DNA of 13,144 bases from a virus (taxonomy: Duplodnaviria > Heunggongvirae > Uroviricota > Caudoviricetes): IMG/VR virus record IMGVR_UViG_2541047722_000003; one strand, 5' to 3'. Each line of letters begins with the position of its first letter. Position 1 is the first letter of the stretch. The translations under genes and the position numbers were made by a program. This document shows positions 10,229-13,144 of this stretch, piece after piece. Under the pieces are notes generated by a model. It ran no database searches. It worked only from the letters and a program-made list of their open reading frames with translations, and was not told where the DNA came from.

Positions 10229-10543
10229 TCACTCCTTCACTTTGATTCCAGCGGCGCGGATAGCCTCTACATCGCTTTCGTATTGCGATTCTGCACCTGA
10301 GTCATAGCCAATGTGATAATCACCGGGAAGTGGGCCTTTCTTTGGCTTTTGCAGCTCAATTTCAATAGCTGCTCTCGATGCCTGCCACGTTTGCCAGTGG
10401 CCTTGAACATCGTCCATCACGTATTGACCACCAATATCACCACTGCCAATTTCATGGTGATTTTCAGGGTAACGGATAAGGTCTGAAGATTCGCCCCCCA
10501 CGTCGTAACCAACTCTCTTCAAACTGGCATCTGCTTTCGTCAT
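10229..10543 (-). CDS. Hypothetical acidic protein (104 aa) with an internal GYD-x-G-(A/G)ES repeat; may be the downstream part of a frameshifted gene
   Basis: ORF with a weak ribosome-binding site whose first 80 nt overlap the preceding Cys-rich ORF in another frame. Contains repeated VGYDVGGESSD / IGYDSGAESQYESD motifs and a net acidic charge. Confidence 0.4.
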   Translation of the reverse strand: MTKADASLKRVGYDVGGESSDLIRYPENHHEIGSGDIGGQYVMDDVQGHWQTWQASRAAIEIELQKPKKGPLPGDYHIGYDSGAESQYESDVEAIRAAGIKVKE

Positions 10544-10646
10544 CTTTCATAAGGCAGTCACATTCAATAAAAATCGGCTCTCCCCAAGGAGTAGAACCTC
10601 CGCTATCACACATTCCTGTGTTATTGCACTTTTGGCACTTGCTCAC
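10464..10646 (-). CDS. Small Cys-rich protein (60 aa), putative zinc-binding, function unknown
   Basis: GTG start at 10646 with a GGAGG Shine-Dalgarno 5 nt upstream. Six cysteines including CQKC and CDC pairs. The 3' end overlaps the 104-aa ORF across a C6/G6 homopolymer (10494-10499). Confidence 0.5.
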   Translation of the reverse strand: MSKCQKCNNTGMCDSGGSTPWGEPIFIECDCLMKDDESRCQFEESWLRRGGRIFRPYPLP

Positions 10647-10658
10647 ATTAACCTCCGA

Positions 10659-10865
10659 TTAACTCACAAAACGCCACGCCACTTTTGCTACGACAACAGG
10701 CATAACACCGATAATCACCCACAGAAAAATGCTACCGAAAAGCACACCAACCAGGTCTTTACCTTCGCCTACCAACCGGACAAAACTGCTGGCAACCACA
10801 ATGAACGTCGCCACCATCCACATAGCACCGAGAATCCTCAATGCAGAAAAAATCAACTCAACCAC
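10659..10865 (-). CDS. Small membrane protein (68 aa, two predicted transmembrane segments), function unknown
   Basis: GTG start at 10865 preceded by a GGGGGAGGG Shine-Dalgarno. Almost entirely hydrophobic (LIFSALRILGAMWMVATFIVVASSF ... VLFGSIFLWVIIGVMPVVVA). First gene after the tR2-like terminator. Confidence 0.5.
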   Translation of the reverse strand: MVELIFSALRILGAMWMVATFIVVASSFVRLVGEGKDLVGVLFGSIFLWVIIGVMPVVVAKVAWRFVS

Positions 10866-10880
10866 GATTTACCCTCCCCC

Positions 10881-10911
10881 AAATAAAAAGGCCTGCGATT
10901 ACCAGCAGGCC
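10881..10911 (-). terminator. Rho-independent terminator downstream of the helicase gene (lambda tR2 equivalent)
   Basis: 7-bp perfect stem GGCCTGC (10890-10896) / GCAGGCC (10905-10911) with an 8-nt loop, followed on the minus-strand transcript by UUUUUAUUU (complement of 10881-10889). Confidence 0.65.
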
Positions 10912-10937
10912 TGTTACAAGCTCAGTGATGTAGATGG

Positions 10938-12314
10938 TCATACGTCAGCCCCTTGTGCATATCGTCTGCCACGCGCAGCAGGTGCATTTGATGCTGTGCA
11001 AATCTGTCTGGCTTCATCCTGGTCACATGCAACAAAGTGTCCGTTGCAGAACCGCTGGTAAACCGTACCAAGTGAGCCAAAACGGTTTTTCGTCACGATG
11101 ATTTCAGCAAATGGCGCGGCGCTACTGTTCTCGTCATATACCGCTTCCCGATAGAGCATGATGATTGAGTCTGCGTCCTGTTCAATGCTTCCTGAATCAC
11201 GCAAATCTGCGTTTGTCGGGCGTTTGTTTGGTCGCTTCTCAACATCGCGTGAAAGCTGACTCAGGGAAATAACCGGTGTTTTCAGGTCTTTCGCCATCGC
11301 CTTCAGGCTTCCGGAGATGTGAGCAATTGCGAGGTCGTTGCGGTCTGCTTTCGGCTTCTCAATCAGGCCAAGATAATCCGCCATGATGAGTGAGAGGTTT
11401 GGATTTTCCTGTTTGTGCCGTTCTGCGATTGAGCGTATTTCTTCGACCGATAATCGCGAGGCATCGACTACCCATACATCCAAATCTGCAAGCTGACTCA
11501 TGCCGTTAGCAACACGTGCCCAGCCCTCGTCATCCATCGATGCAGGATTTCGCAGTACGCTAACCGACATCCTCCCGGCGTTGGCAATGCTTCGCTCTGC
11601 AATCTGCAATGCGCTCATTTCCATTGAGAAAATCAATACCCCGCGCCGGACGTCAGAACCAGGAATAACGCGGCTTGCAACGCCTTCGGCAATCTTCAGC
11701 GCCAGTTCGGTTTTCCCCATACCAGGACGAGCAGCGATTATCACCAGGTCTTCCGCGTTCATCCCTCCGGTGATGGCATCAAGTTCTTCGATTCCGGTCT
11801 TCAGGGTATCGGACTCTTCTCCGTTCCTCAGACGCCTGTCAAGCGTGTCAGTGTAGTCGGTGATGATTTCCCCTAACCGTACAGGTTTAACCTCGTCACG
11901 GGGCTTTCTGATGGCTGAGAGACGTTTTACAAGTTCATCCATCGCCTGACTCGATGCGTCGATGGTTCCGCTTTGGATTGGTTCACGCATTTCATCCATG
12001 ATTTCCAGCACCAGACGGCGGTGATAGTTATCCGCGACCATTCCGGCATATCCCTTCAGGTTTGCGGCGCTCGGGCAGTTTTTGCTGGTCATCAGGATTG
12101 ACGTGAAATGCTCCTCTCCGCACGCCTCGGCAACCATCAGCGCGTCGATTAGGTTTCTGTTTCTCGCCTGCTTCCGGATAACCTCGAAGGCTTTCCGGTA
12201 GAGCGGAATTGAAAACGCTTCCGGCTCCAGCGTTGCAAGAACGTCACTGGCGGTTGGAGTTAATCCACCAATCAGCAGGCCACCGATAACGCTCGCTTCG
12301 ATATCCTGTCTCAT
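10938..12314 (-). CDS. Replicative DNA helicase, DnaB-like (P22 gene 12 type)
   Basis: 458-aa ORF. Walker A ARPGMGKT, then LIFSMEMS, and an [12 protein letters not shown]...[21 protein letters not shown] block typical of DnaB-family helicases. ATG overlaps the stop of the upstream replication gene (ATGA). Confidence 0.88.
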   Translation of the reverse strand: MRQDIEASVIGGLLIGGLTPTASDVLATLEPEAFSIPLYRKAFEVIRKQARNRNLIDALMVAEACGEEHFTSILMTSKNCPSAANLKGYAGMVADNYHRRLVLEIMDEMREPIQSGTIDASSQAMDELVKRLSAIRKPRDEVKPVRLGEIITDYTDTLDRRLRNGEESDTLKTGIEELDAITGGMNAEDLVIIAARPGMGKTELALKIAEGVASRVIPGSDVRRGVLIFSMEMSALQIAERSIANAGRMSVSVLRNPASMDDEGWARVANGMSQLADLDVWVVDASRLSVEEIRSIAERHKQENPNLSLIMADYLGLIEKPKADRNDLAIAHISGSLKAMAKDLKTPVISLSQLSRDVEKRPNKRPTNADLRDSGSIEQDADSIIMLYREAVYDENSSAAPFAEIIVTKNRFGSLGTVYQRFCNGHFVACDQDEARQICTASNAPAARGRRYAQGADV

Positions 12315-13042
12315 GCAATCCCCCTGTCTGCAAACTTCCCTTCCCGAACTCCCGTTAACGAGTCTTCTCTCAGCAGGTAATCAAAATCAGCCGTCCAGCC
12401 CGTGTCGTTGTCTCCGAAGTAAAACGGCTTGGCCTGATGCACAAACGCCCTGACATACGCTCTGAAACCGTCCACGTTTGGCGTTTTCAGTTGCGGGATG
12501 ATTTTCTTCAGGCGGCGTTTTCGTTTCTCGTTGACCGCAACAGCGTGTGGCAGTCTGTCACCGACTTCGGTGTTGTAGGCGTTCAGGAAGGATTCGTAGT
12601 CGATTCGTTCTGCCTTGCGACGTTCAGGTTTAACCTGCCCATCGCCTCCCCCATTGGGGGGTAGGGGGGTATTATTTATATTCTTGTTAATACCTTCTTG
12701 TTCATGATGTGCGGTTGTTTGTGCGGCTTCATGTGCGCTTTCATGTGCGGCATGTACGCTGAAAGCCGCGCTATTGCTGGCTTCATCATGTGCGGCATCA
12801 TGTGCGGTTGTTTGTGCGGCTTCATGTGCGGGTAAATTGTCCATTTTTTGAGCATATTCATGGTAATTTGTGATGGTTATCACACGGCCTTTTTGCTTCT
12901 CTCCATCAATGGAGATCATCCCCTCTTTCACAAAAACCTGAAGCATCCGCTCAACCTGATCACGGCTTGCTGGCTTGCCATGTCTGTCGCATAACTGAAG
13001 ACCTAAATCAGCTGCTGTCACAACCAGTTGACCGGGTTGCAG
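12311..13042 (-). pseudogene. Replication initiator (lambda O / P22 gene 18-like), 5'-truncated by IS629
   Basis: The frame is open from the IS629 junction (13042) down to the TGA at 12311-12313 with no stop; the tracked GTG at 13021 is probably not the native start. Contains an embedded iteron array and an adjacent AT-rich tract, as in the lambdoid ori-within-O arrangement. Translationally coupled to the helicase. Confidence 0.6.
12703..12831. repeat. Putative origin-of-replication iteron array inside the initiator gene
   Basis: Nine copies of a 12-bp unit with core (C/T)ATGTGCGG in two blocks (12703-12759 and 12784-12831), including a 35-bp higher-order repeat (12705-12739 vs 12797-12831, 2 mismatches). 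Followed in the direction of transcription by an AT-rich tract (12671-12700) and a G/C-rich run (12655-12669). Confidence 0.6.
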
Positions 13043-13144
13043 TGAACCGCCCCGGGTTTCCTGGAGAGTGTTTTATCTGTGAACTCAGGCTGCCAGATCA
13101 TCGTTTCCGATGGAAGCATAATAAGCTTTTTCTGCTTCTGCCGG
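13043..13144 (-). mobile_element. Partial IS629-like element, right end in inverted orientation; the body lies downstream of the window
   Basis: The reverse complement of 13043-13144 is identical to 6647-6748 of the complete IS629 copy. Begins with the terminal TGAACC and abuts the truncated replication gene. Confidence 0.9.

Noticed and set aside
10041-10865. Possibility that the two small two-transmembrane proteins are the phage holins
   Set aside because: They lie in the early nin-region operon upstream of ninB rather than next to an endolysin before terS, and no endolysin or spanin gene accompanies them; holin function cannot be excluded but is not supported by context.
12703-12831. Short direct repeats that could be taken for a CRISPR array
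   Set aside because: Units are only 12 bp, contiguous without spacers, and lie inside a coding sequence in frame; this pattern fits replication-origin iterons or a coding repeat, not CRISPR.

Overview
This 13.1-kb window is a degraded P22-like (lambdoid) prophage segment from an enterobacterial genome, most likely Escherichia coli or Shigella, with every phage gene on the minus strand and four insertion-sequence copies cutting through it. Read in the direction of transcription (high to low coordinates) the order is: a 5'-truncated O-like replication initiator that carries ori-like iterons, a DnaB-like helicase, a tR2-like terminator, a tight cluster of four small unassigned ORFs, ninB, a small basic ORF, an IS5 insertion, an 80-aa ORF, small terminase, a large terminase split by a complete IS629, portal, scaffolding protein, coat protein, a terminator, and a small gene truncated by a second IS629. 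A third IS629 end, in inverted orientation, closes the window at the right edge. No antiterminator, lysis or tail genes are present in the window, so the element looks cryptic. The most interesting candidates are the four-ORF cluster between the terminator and ninB, the iteron array inside the replication gene, and the apparent loss of the antiterminator/lysis module. All protein identifications rest on recalled similarity to known families, not on any database search, and no confidently novel system can be asserted from sequence alone.
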